A DNA stretch of 64,000 nt from Patellaria atrata CBS 101060 (taxonomy: Eukaryota). Location: the NCBI GenBank assembly GCA_010093705.1, contig MU006092.1:564623-628622 (forward strand). The letters are read 5' to 3'. This document shows positions 14,366-25,979 of this stretch, in pieces; the stretch's first letter is position 1; every line of letters begins with the position of its first letter. The notes beneath the pieces were generated by a model. That model worked only from the letters and a program-made list of their open reading frames with translations. It did no database searches and had not been told where the DNA came from. Position numbers and translations under genes: made by a program.

Positions 14366-15106
14366 ATGTCTTTCGTCGGTGGTCCTAACGGCTTTCTTCC
14401 CCGCGCTGGGCCTTCAAATCCATTTGGTATCCATCAGGGTCCAAGTGAAGCTGGTCCTACCATGATCGGGGACCCTCAGTTTGATATTTTTGAGTGGCAT
14501 CCTGCTTATCAGTCATGCCAACGATACTTCCTCGACCACGCTCAGCATGACGGCACTGTGCAAGCTGTTGCGGCTCTGGTCAACATCACACTGCCCTTTC
14601 AGTGGTCAACAAGCCCAGTGTTCTCAGCGTCAACTACACCCCCGCATTCCACAGGTCCCGCGGCTTATCCTATGCCATGGGCGCCTAGACCTGTCCCTTC
14701 TTCATCTCATCTACCTCGACCCGGTCATCCGTCGTCAGTCATCAACTGGGTTTCCCTCGTACCCTACATCCGTCGACTAGTCGTGACTGGCTTCGACACT
14801 TCGGGCATCCTCCACGGCTTCTTTGGTGACGACTGGCGGAAAGGGATCGGTCCTCTGCAAGAATGCGAGAGGAGGAACTACCTTTTCGCAGCAAAGAGCG
14901 TGGGTTGGGCCAAAGTCAAGTTTCAGTACGACATGAGTCCTCATGAAGCGGTACCCTTCTTAAAGCCTCTGCAGAACGTCAAGCTGGAAGAGATCGAAGG
15001 TGCCGAGAAGACATGGAGCCAGTGGCTCGCGATGGAAGACTGGATGGTTGGACCTCGAGCTCCTGAAACAATGGATGAAGCTCCAGCACCGTCAGTAGAA
15101 GATTGA
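14366..15106 (+). CDS. Conserved fungal hypothetical protein (246 aa)
   Basis: Looks coding: FDIFEWHPAYQSCQRYFLDHAQH, SLVPYIRRLVVTGFD, GFFGDDW, ERRNYLFAAKS, WSQWLAMEDWMVGPR. Probable 5' UTR intron at about 14259-14349. Function unknown. Confidence 0.85.
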   Translation: MSFVGGPNGFLPRAGPSNPFGIHQGPSEAGPTMIGDPQFDIFEWHPAYQSCQRYFLDHAQHDGTVQAVAALVNITLPFQWSTSPVFSASTTPPHSTGPAAYPMPWAPRPVPSSSHLPRPGHPSSVINWVSLVPYIRRLVVTGFDTSGILHGFFGDDWRKGIGPLQECERRNYLFAAKSVGWAKVKFQYDMSPHEAVPFLKPLQNVKLEEIEGAEKTWSQWLAMEDWMVGPRAPETMDEAPAPSVED

Positions 15107-16882
15107 TCATGCTATATGCCAGTCAGTTGTCTCATAGCGGTATAATAGGGACCCTTTATACGGGTATTAGTGAGAGTTTTCACTATAAGGGTGGGGAACG
15201 TCCAGCTTAGCAGATTTAGCATAGGGATAACGAAGGTTTTCATTAAGCGTGGCGTTGGACAATCAAGATCATGAGCTCAGACGGCTATCGTGAGTCTTCA
15301 CATGTATATATGACGGTGTAATTGAGGATGGCTACAATACTGCCCACAGAATGAGCGGAGCCGAGGTTTTCCTTCTTCTTTTTATCTACCTTTATTATTT
15401 ATTTAATCAGCCTATTATCAATGCGGAGCGCGCTTTATGGGTGGATAGTTCAAGTAATTATTTTCACATGTCCTACTCTTCATACTGGAAATATCTATGG
15501 TAACAAAGGTGGTGTCTCTCCTTTCTCGTTATACCTTTTCATTATGAAGTGTACTTTGGCACAGTAGAATATTGAACCATAGTAATAGCGCGAAAGTAAT
15601 TTACCACTTACATTTTCACTTGTACTGTACGATTGACAACAATCACGCATCGAACATTCCACATTAAGCAGGAAATACGATGAAGGATCATATTCCATCT
15701 TCTCTTTCCATAGAATATCAGTCCAAATGGTCAATCAGACGAGATATTTGACTAGAAGAAGAAGAATCATTCGACGCCGCAACAAGGTCGTCATATCGAT
15801 CTTAAAGAACTAGACCCAATAGGCCGCTAAACTGGCGAATATCAATATTGCCAAGGTATTAAGGTTCTCGATAGACAATAATAGCAGGGAACAGTATAGG
15901 AAGTTGTGAATTCAAGAATTTGGCTAAAATCTTGTCGTCAAAGATAAGACATTATCGGACATTGCGTATTAAAGGTTTCAGCCAGTGAAATGGCAGTGAT
16001 TCCTTCAATATCACTCCAGCATATCACCTCAGGGGTAACTCCCACGCTATTCTATATCGATAATCTAATCGCTTAGGTTTTAAGGTTGAGATCTGCATCT
16101 TGCACCGCCACACCTTCTCTACCAGGTACGGTAAACTTCCAAGCTTCAATTTCTCACATCACATCACTCCCTCCATCAGGTTTACTATTGCGACTGACTG
16201 GAACACCTTCATATATGAAATCTTTTTGCTACTTTGTATTTCAGCCTTAACATTTCGTGATTTTGTTTACCGTGAAGCCAACGCTGAACGTGCTGTGTTG
16301 TCACACGGCTTCCATATTCCGACCACGCGGTCGCGTTATACTAACCTTCAAGCCATACAGCGAAACCGGCATGTTTTCTATCATTTTACGCTACCCGTCC
16401 GTGTACGGCGAGCGTATGAAAAAGTAAAGCAGGTATATGGCCAGGTGACTGGTGCAAGAACATGGAAGCGAAAGGGTCAGGGCCGAAAAATTCACAAAAA
16501 ACTTTGGAGATGATTTATCTTGTGCAAATCCACTACATTCCCACATCAAATCCAACATGTAGCAAGCAGATGCACTGCAGATAGGTAGTTCCATCGTAGC
16601 TTTCAAGAAATTGTAAGTCGGATACCTGTACAAGACTCATATTTCACACTTCACGTAGGCAGTGAACGTCAAGCATATTTACGAGACGAGTAAAGAATCT
16701 GTATTCCAAAATCCCAAAACCTGCCTGACGTAAAACTAACGATTGCTAAACTGAATTCGCTCAAAGGCGAGGGTATCCGCGAAAAATTTCATCTCTTCCA
16801 AGTCATTAAACCCACTCGACCAAGTACGCCAGCGAAAGACCCTAGTTTCCCAGAATACGCCAAAGTAAATCATCCGTTCCCA

Positions 16883-17226
16883 GTACAAAAAAGAAACCAG
16901 ACATATGCTGTGAAGTGGATTACGATGACGGTGCTAGAGGCTCGCGGCCGAACCGTTTAGCTAGTCCAGCAGGCATACATCGAGTCCACAAGACCATACG
17001 CTGTTACAAAAGATAAACCGACACACAAATTCCTCCGTACAAGAATAATACAGACATATGCCGTGAAGAGGAGGTTGATGACGCTGCTGAACGGCTCGCT
17101 GCCAAAACCGTTTCGCCAATCCCCTACGATGAATATCCGTACAACTGCGAAGTTGGCTAGGAAACCAGAGAGGCTAGTCCAGCGGCTTCGTACATCGAAT
17201 CCCAAGCACCATATGCTGTTACAAAA
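16883..17226. repeat. Degenerate tandem duplication (two copies, about 130 and 190 bp)
   Basis: cagacatatgctgtgaag..gatgacggtgct..ggctcgc..aaccgttt (16898-16958) matches 17051-17113; gctagtccagc..tacatcga..ccata.gctgttacaaaa (16960-17011) matches 17173-17226. Confidence 0.8.
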
Positions 17227-18165
17227 TTTGAATTCACCAGGTCTTTCGCCGAAGACACTGGCTACAGAATCCTCACTCACCGCAACCCGAGCGACCCTGC
17301 ATCCGATCCAAAGGGGCGAGAGGCTATCCAGCTCGGTGCTGAAAACCTGTTCGAGATTGACATGTGTTGTCTTCTCGAGCGCGTCGCTATTCGGTGCAAC
17401 ATCGAGGGCCGGAAAGTTATCATGGTGATAAGCATTTCCGGCGTCGATGACGCGATAGCGGCGCCTCCCCCTCCACGCGGTCGGATATTTCTTCATCAAC
17501 AGTGTGTTGTTCAATGATGTACACAATACGACGACGGCAAGAGCACTAGGTTTCAAGGACAGGAGGAGTGCCGGGTGACCAACCGCACCTTCGCACTTGC
17601 GTGCGGCCAAGTTCTGTCCTAAGATGGAATCTTTGGGTACGCTGTTGTTGATGAAGTACAACGCATTGACCTCGGCGAGCTCTGGTGTGAACTCACAACC
17701 ACCCCGTGACTGGGTACTGGTTGCAAATGCGGTGGAGAGCAGGCTGCTCGCTGCTCCTCCGGCCCTCCGAGCCTCCGGGACTTCGTCCTTGGCGACCCAC
17801 TGGATTTGTAGGACCGGCAATGAGTTAGGCAACGGCTGTGTCGTGGCCGCTTCTTCGTTCGGTTTAGTCGGAAGAGGCTGTGACGAGGCCACCTCCGGTT
17901 GAGGATCTGGGCATGGAGTTGCCCCTGAAGAAGCGGCCACGGTCGGTATGGCCGGAGTTTCCACCGATGGAATTGGCTGTGGTGGTGTCGTTGGCGCTGG
18001 TGGACCCACCGTTTTCCTCCAGTCGTTGTTCGCCCACGCTCTCGGTACGTTGCACGGCCTCGTTGCTGGTAAGGGGGCGCTATCTGCTTGGCGCTGCCTG
18101 ATATGCGGCGGTACGTAACACTTGACCCCGATCGGACCAGCCGAATTTGGATTACTCACTGGCAT
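16957..18165 (-). CDS. Hypothetical protein: Pro-rich N-terminus plus possible PemK/MazF-like domain; 3' end uncertain
   Basis: First ATG at 18165 (ctcaccATG). YVPPHIR motif, Pro-rich linker, then GHPALLLSL..AVVVLCTSL..KKY..RRRY..I..H..PAL..LEKTTHVNLEQVF. Confidence 0.65.
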   Translation of the reverse strand: MPVSNPNSAGPIGVKCYVPPHIRQRQADSAPLPATRPCNVPRAWANNDWRKTVGPPAPTTPPQPIPSVETPAIPTVAASSGATPCPDPQPEVASSQPLPTKPNEEAATTQPLPNSLPVLQIQWVAKDEVPEARRAGGAASSLLSTAFATSTQSRGGCEFTPELAEVNALYFINNSVPKDSILGQNLAARKCEGAVGHPALLLSLKPSALAVVVLCTSLNNTLLMKKYPTAWRGRRRYRVIDAGNAYHHDNFPALDVAPNSDALEKTTHVNLEQVFSTELDSLSPLWIGCRVARVAVSEDSVASVFGERPGEFKFCNSIWCLGFDVRSRWTSLSGFLANFAVVRIFIVGDWRNGFGSEPFSSVINLLFTAYVCIILVRRNLCVGLSFVTAYGLVDSMYACWTS

Positions 18166-19684
18166 GGTGAGAGGTATTGTACAGGCGATCGTATTGACAA
18201 ATGGTGGCCTTGTACAGAGAGGAGAGGAAGAAGTCACTGTCACTTCACCATACAGAGAGGTGGTGATAGTAATGATAGAGGACAGTTATACAGATGGTAG
18301 ATATGATACAGGTTGAGGTGTTGTACGAGGACAGTGAGGGTGTGAAGGGAATTCTAGAGAAGAGAAAGTTAGGATGGGAGCAGAAGAAATTATGTCTTTT
18401 GGAAAACTCACCAGGACCCATCGTACCGTGGATTCTCACGAGAATTGCAAGGAGCATTATGAGCGAGTTTTCAGATTCATCTCGTCGGTACCATAGAAAT
18501 CGACTCCTGAGTTCTGTACCGCTGGTTTCTCGATAGGGACATCTCCACACTAGACTATATTGCAATTGTAAGTAAGTACTCTTCAGTCCAGAACGATCAC
18601 TATGGATGACAGTGGAAGGAGATGGTACCATTGTATAGCTCCCGATTGGCCCTCCCATGATTGACAGGACACTACGGATCAGCATATTGACTGATGATCC
18701 TGTCAGGCTCAGTTCAATATCAAAGAGCAAGGAGGTCAATCCCGAAACAGTAGTATCAACTATGGGACAGGAAATATCTGCAAAATTGGGTAGTGTTGGG
18801 AATAGAAGAGAATTAAGAAAGAGGTCTTCTAGGAAGAGGTGAGGGAGGGTCTTATGATATCCACGGAACCAATCAATCCTGCCCGAGTACGATATGCATT
18901 TTCAAAGGTCAGTGCGATTTTTGCGGAGCATCTATTCGCACTTGCGTACATTATATCAATTTCTACAGCATAACAAGCAAGTCCAATTCAAAGGCAAGAC
19001 TATCCATTTCTACTATAGTCGCTCTATCCAAACCCCAAAACTCATATTTACTATTACCCATTGGACTCATGTCCCCCTGACCCCCCTATTCTTCATTGAA
19101 AATTTGACCGACCTATGGAAGTCTCCCTTAGGACTGTTTACTGCTTCGATATTCTCGAGTGAAGTCTGGTACCTGTTAAATCCAGGGGCAATAGCTCTGT
19201 ACCTTGGTTGACGTCCAAGGCACACACCTGCAACAGTTAAAATCAAAACTTCCATTGGGACAACGCACAGAAGGTACGGATAGCTTCTTCCGGGAGTTTT
19301 TTTTTTTTTTTTTATAGGGGCAATCACCAATTCCGCTTTGCAACTGCAGTTAGGTTCTTGTGCGTCATGGGAGTGCTTCTGTTGTACTTCATTTTCTGTA
19401 GTTTGGTTCTGTTGAGATAAGGAGAGTTGCTACTGTGGATACTCGCGAAAATATGGCATTTCATAATGTCCTTCCCAATGCAATACTCAGATATTAGTTC
19501 AGAAGTCACGTTGTAAATAGTTGTGAGTTGCTACCCGATTAGGCCTCCTTACAGAAGTCACATCCAACAAACAACGAGAGCGACTTCCCACCCACACACT
19601 CGCGAGGAACTGGCCTTCGACGTACGTATTTACAAACAAACCCAGTCGCGAATCAATACAGCAATCGTGTCTGAAGAAATACAA

Positions 19685-19990
19685 AAGCACCACCTCATCT
19701 AGTTGACCCTTCGTGCGCAAGTTATATTCAGACGGGACAAGCAGCAGGGCATCCGCTTCCATAGTATAAATCGTGAAGGAAATAGAACACCTCATAGAGA
19801 CCGCCCCAAAGACTCATATTCATATCTTCACAGACCACTCAGCCGTCACAGCGACAGCCGAGCAAATCCACTTAATCACCACCACCAGTACATACAAGTT
19901 AAACTTGCGGCTAGCGAGAGCCTCGCAATACGGGAATCTCATCTACCGCCCAGATCACACTCAGCCGATGCCAGACGCGTTGAGTAGGTC
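19685..19990 (+). mobile_element. Ty3/gypsy LTR retrotransposon relic (RT connection/RNase H fragment)
   Basis: VKEIEHLIETAPKTHIHIFTDHSAVTATAEQIHLITTTSTYKLNLRLARASQY..YRP..MPDALSR matches the fungal gypsy RNase H pattern (IYTDHS..KLNLRLVRASQY..H.PG...PDALSR). Internally deleted; no LTRs seen. Confidence 0.85.
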
Positions 19991-21454
19991 TACACGATTT
20001 TGGCGCGTTAGGGGTTGGGTATGAAGTATATGGGTTCAGAAGGTGGAGGATAGGGGAGTGGATGGGTAAGAGCGCGTGTTTGGAAATACTTTGGAGGTTG
20101 ATATAGGCTTGATTGGTGACAGATGGGTGTAGGCAAGTCGGATTTCTAAAGATACCGTGGACATGGAAGAGTCAGGGGATATGTGTGGCCAATCATGTTT
20201 TAAGAGAGTTTATGATATTTAGAGAAGTTTGGATGACAGGTTTGCCACTCGGTTGGGGATGTGGTAAGGATGGCAATGGGGTTTGACTGAGATAGGGGAG
20301 AGTATGTATGTTCCAAATGATGAAGATAACTGTATTGTGTCTGAGGGTATATGATTGTGAAATGCGCTTTGAGAAGGCGACAGTGGGATAATGTAGAGTA
20401 TATTCCACTCTACTACATAAGGTAGATTTTTGAACACTTGGCCTAGGCTTCCGAGGATACGTAGTATAGTGCAGCACTGAGCTCAGATAGTCAAAATCTT
20501 CATGTAACTTGAGTACCCTTCTGGTGCTACATATTTTTGGGAGCATGTCGGGTTAGATCGCTATGTCGACGCTGGTTTGTACTATGGCCTCGGTTTCAAT
20601 ACCCACCTCTCATCAGATGGTTTCTTAAGCTGGACGTCGTAACGGACAAAGGTATGTCTAAAGGTTTCCTTCTGCTTCCTGGAGGGAATCGATAGAAACG
20701 TCCTTGTTTCCAACATCCCTTGTAGACTCTGTGACAGTGATACGAAAATGTAGCAAAGCTTTTGTCTTATAAGCAGTATTCCAGAAAAACAGTAAGCAGG
20801 CCGATCAGTAACGTCCATCTCTTATCACATCCTCCTCCTATACAACTCATATATGAGATCCATACTGTTCTCAGCAGAGGATTAGGTTAAAACTCCATGA
20901 GAGAAACGTAGCCAAGGCATTTGTTCGCAATTATGTTACGGTCTAGATGGATCAATCTAGAGAACGCGGAGCCTCACGATGAATGCGAAACTATCCGTCC
21001 CGCGCTGATCGAGCCCCTTTGGAACGCTGATGCCCGTGACTTGTAAGGAGAGATGACTGTGTGAGACTTTCATTCAACATGAGGGAGGCTGTAACGAAAT
21101 GCACGTCTGATCCCTTGGCACGAAACCCCCAATCTGCAGCCACCCAGGCCACGAGTCCTCTCCAAACGTTCAAGGGTGCCACTCTCAACACCATCTAACA
21201 TTCGTTCATTTTTTGTGCTTTCCAGATAAACAGCAAAACCACGATAAACGCCCGTTTCTTGTGTATAACCTCCTGAAAAGTGCTTATTATTACCTACAGA
21301 GAGATATTTTCTTTACTGGCTGGGAAATAGGACCACAGGTCCGCCGAGCCACAACCCTTTCTACATTCCTTCGGATGAAAATCTCTCGATGAAATAGGAT
21401 TGCATCCTCTCCCTACGCTTTTGTATCTGGAGTCAGGCTTCTGTCTCTCACTTC

Positions 21455-23501
21455 ATGGGTTCCTTTACCTCCCCGCCGTCTCAACGGCGGAGTTTCAGTG
21501 CGATATCCGCTCTACTGGGGAGTCTCCTACTGTCAACCCTCTGGATACCTACAACATGGGCGCAGGTACCAAAGAAGTCCTCCGCAGACTATTTCATACA
21601 TAGACTTCCAGGACAACCGGATGGACCTCTTCTAAAAATGCATGCTGGGTGAGTGACATGTTCTGGACCCACTGGCTAAGCGTATGCTAACTATGAGGTA
21701 TACAGTCATATCGAGGTCTCGGCTGAGAATAATGGACACCTTTTTTTCTGGCACTTTCAAAACAGACATATTGCGGATAGTCAAAAGACGGTAATATGGC
21801 TCAACGGAGGTCCTGGTTGCAGTTCCATGGACGGTGCTTTGATGGAGATCGGGCCATATAGGGTAGGGCCGGGTGGCAAGTTAAGATACAACAATGGATC
21901 GTGGGATGAGTTCGCCAACGTTCTGTTCGTGGATAATCCAGTCGGAACGGGGTTCAGTTATGTGGATACTAATAGCTATGTGCACGAGTTACCCGAAATG
22001 GCGGAGCAGTTCATTACATTCCTGGAGAGTTGGTTTTCCATATTTCCAGAGTATTCACATGATGAGGTTAGTATACTTGTTGGAATATCTGAACCGACTT
22101 TAATATTTTATTTAGATATACCTTGCGGGAGAATCCTACGCAGGTCAGCATATCCCGTACATCGCAAAGGCGATCCTAGATCGTAACAAGGTTTCTCAAG
22201 AGCCATGGAAACTCTCTGGTCTCCTTATAGGTAATGGCTGGATTGCACCCGGACAGCAATACTACGCATACCTTCAATATGCCTATAAAAGTGGTTTGAT
22301 TCAAGGCGGTACTGATAAAGCAAAAAAGGTAGAAGCACAACAAGCTATCTGCCAGAAAATACTTGAAACTACCGGCCAAGACGCTGTTGAGATTCCCGAA
22401 TGCGAGGAAGTCTTACAGGTCATTCTTCGACTCACTAATGATCGCAGCTCAAATCAGGGGTGCGTAAACATGTACGATATCCGTCTCCGTGATTCCTATC
22501 CCAGCTGCGGCATGAACTGGCCCCCGGATCTTGACCACGTGACCCCATACCTGCGTCGAGAGGATGTTATTCAAGCACTTCATGTTGATCCAGCCAAACG
22601 TTCAGGATGGACAGAGTGTAATGGTGCTGTTGGATCGAACTTCAGGGCCAGAAACTCGAAACCATCTGTTGAACTCCTACCAGACCTTCTTGCAGAGCTC
22701 CCAATCATCCTTTTCTCCGGTGATAAAGACATGATCTGCAACCACATTGGAACTGAAGAGCTCATCAACAATCTTAAATGGAATGGGGGCGTTGGCTTTG
22801 AGCGGTCTCCTGGGACTTGGGCACCACGCCAGGACTGGACGTTCGAAGAAGAGCCTGCTGGTTTCTATCAAGAAGCTCGTAATCTAACTTACATCGTATT
22901 CTACAATTCGTCGCATATGGTTCCATTCGATTACCCCCGAAGGACCAGAGACATGCTTGATCGTTTCATCGGCATCGATATTGGCGATATTGGAGGAGAG
23001 CCTGCCGACAGTCGCATAGGTGGGGAGAAAGGCCCCTTGACAAGTGTCGGTTCGCATCCAAACAGCACCGCCGCCGAAGAAGCCGAGGAGCAGAAACTCA
23101 AGGACGCAACATGGCACGCCTACTACAAGTCTGGAGAGGTTGCTTTAGTCGTTGTCGCTATCGCGGCAGGATTGTGGGGATTCTTTGTCTGGCGAGACCG
23201 GCGCCGGCGTCGTGCAGGATACACCAGTCTTTTCGGCGGTAATCCTCATGATAGTCGTCCGGGATCCAGCCGCGGTGGTGCGGGTCTGGAGGGTTTTAGG
23301 AATAAGAGACATGGAAGGGATATTGAGGCTGCTGATTTCGATGAGAACGAGTTGGATGAGGTGAGTAGTTCAGAGAGCTTGAGGAAGCAGAGTGATAAGG
23401 ATAGGGAGATGGAGAGGGAGAGGTATAGCCTTGGAGAGGATAGCGATGATGAAGAGGTTGGTGGCTCGAGAGAAAAGCTGACGGGCGGTCAACCGCGTTA
23501 A
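21455..23501 (+). CDS. kex1: Kex1 pheromone-processing serine carboxypeptidase (S10), 3 exons
   Basis: Signal peptide, [41 protein letters not shown] (catalytic Ser), [15 protein letters not shown] helix and acidic tail DFDENELD. Confidence 0.96.
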
Positions 23502-23929
23502 CATTTGTAAATACTGAGCATTCTTTGCGTGGTGTACGGACGTAGTAAGTTTTGGGTCTTTGGAAGGAGTTTCTAAGGGAAATCGATGTTTTTAGACACA
23601 TAAATCGATTACTACATCGTTTTCATCATTTAGTAACTTATTTAATGAGATTCTACTCACACAAAAATAAACGACTTTCACTTTCCCGTCGTTGTCGAAA
23701 GGGAACGAGAACGTGCGTCACGTGCGCTGAGGCAGAAGCGCGTTTCTTGGCAAGAACATAGTCGCGTCTACGCCATCTGAACCTCATGAAGTACCTCTAC
23801 GGATACAACAACTGCGCAAAATCACGATTTTCACAATTCTACCTTCACCTACTCAACAGATTGCTCCCGGATATATATATCTTGTTAGAATCTAGCGGGT
23901 TTCATGAGCAGTCTCAAAGCCTTCTTAAT

Positions 23930-25825
23930 ATGCCTTCGTAAGCCGTATCATGTCGCATCATCGATGAACAACAACTAACACTATACAGGCCAGAGGAACT
24001 AAGAAGCATGGCAAACTCTATCCTCAACCCCTTTGAAGCAAGGCCCACACGAATGAGCGAATACACAGCCCAAGAAATAGCCACATTACAAAGTCGACTG
24101 GACAAGCAACTAGGGCCAGAGTATATTTTGACACGAAAAGGACCCGGCAATAGGGATTTACCGTATATTTCCGGGAATAAGGCTATAGAGATTGCGAATG
24201 AGGTTTTTGGGTTCAATGGCTGGAGTAGTGCTGTGCAAAATGTACAGATTGATTTTGTGAGTTCAGATATGATGTCTTGATATGTAGAGTGGCTGATATG
24301 TGATGCGAAGGTCGATGAGAGTCGGAGTTCTGGGAAGATTTCTATGGGGATATCTGTCACTGTCAGGATTACTCTGAAAGATGGGACGTATCACGAAGAC
24401 ATCGGATACGGCCATATCGAGAATTGCGCAAATAAAGCTATGGCGTTCGAAAAATGCAAAAAAGAGGCAGTCACAGATGGTAAAAAGAGAGCACTGCGTA
24501 ATTTTGGAAACGTCTTGGGAAATTGCATCTACGACAAAGAATTTGTCAAGTGGATCTCGAGGGTCAAGCCATCCGCTACAAATATGAGCGAAGTTAATCT
24601 CCTTCGACCTAGTCTCACTGCTGCACAGAGAGAGGCTGTGATTAAGTCACGCCAACAGGAAGAAGACATCAAACTAGAAACGATACCGGCCGTGGAGATA
24701 AAACCCCGCGATGCCGAAATGGACGAGTTTGGAGGAGACTTTTTCGATGAGGTCAACTTTGGCGTTGATTCTGAATTTGTACCAGGCATTGATGACTCCG
24801 GTATCGATATATCAGAAGAACCAGTAGATATGAAGTCGAACCGCCCGACGGGACCACCATCTGGGCCACCGAACCGACAAGCGGTTCCAAGGATACAGTC
24901 AATGCCTGCTCTTAACCAGCAAAATGAAGGCGATCAACCTCAACGACCTGGTCACCATATGCCGCCGCGTGCACCCCAAACTCCAAATTCGAACGCCCAT
25001 GTCAAGACCGAGAATCACCAAGCAAGAATGGGTCCTCCTCAGTTCAACGGGCAGAATCAAGGCAGACCGCAGCATCCACCTCAGGCTAACCATCATCACC
25101 CAGCCCTCCAGAATAATAACGCAAATCAAGGCCAAAACCGATCCAATCCCGTCTCCGCTCCCGGACAACATCACCCTCGAAACATCCCCAACGTCACAAA
25201 ACCAGGTGAGAAGGACTCGGAACAGAACCCTCACACAAACGCACCCCCACAAACCCACGAACAACCGATGGGCTTCGTCGCATCCCGCGCCGCCGACATA
25301 ATCAACAAAGCAGAAGAGGCCAAAGCGCCCCTCCCAGCTAACCTCCCAACCTTCAACCCAAACATCGAAAGTCCTTCTCTCCGCCGCACCCCCGGAATCG
25401 ACTATAAAAAGTCCGCCCCGATCACCAAGCAAGCTTTGAACAGCCGCCTCGCCCAGCAGAGCGGCGCTCCCAATAATCTATCTAACCATCCACACTCGGG
25501 CGCTGTGCCTGGACCGGGACCGCCGATGTCGAGACCGAATTTCGTCAACCCCCAGGCGGATATGAATCGCAGGATCGGTATGCCGAACGCAGGGATGAGC
25601 CCGTTGGCTAATCGAACGAGCTATAAACCCCCGGGACCTGCGGGGGTGAAGAGGGGACCGGAAGCTATGGCTGGGGGGAGGCCAGCGTTAAGTGATGTGA
25701 GTAATGTTAATGGGGGTGCGGGTGTGAATGAGCCTGTTGGACAAGATGGAAAGGGGGATGTGAAGAGGGTTAAGGTCGGGGAGAATGGGAGCGCTGGGGC
25801 GGGGAATGGTGTGAGATCACAGTAA
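23930..25825 (+). CDS. rad52: Rad52/Rad22 DNA repair and recombination protein, 3 exons
   Basis: [80 protein letters not shown]; low-complexity C-terminus. Confidence 0.97.
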
Positions 25826-25900
25826 GCTTATTGGAATAGAGATATTGTTGAGCGAGTGAGTTTGCAATTTGTGGAATTAGTCGCATGATGTTTGGTGTTG

Positions 25901-25979
25901 ATGGGTTCGCTATCATGGGTTCGCTATCATGGGTTCGCTATCATGGGTTCGCTATCATGGGTTCGCTATCATGGGTTCG
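25901..25979. repeat. 14-bp minisatellite (ATGGGTTCGCTATC) x5 plus a partial copy, downstream of the rad52 stop
   Basis: Five identical units at 25901-25970, then ATGGGTTCG. Confidence 0.97.

Noticed and set aside
25901..25979. Repeat array as CRISPR (also 51597-51665)
   Set aside because: Head-to-tail units without spacers, in a eukaryotic genome with no cas genes.
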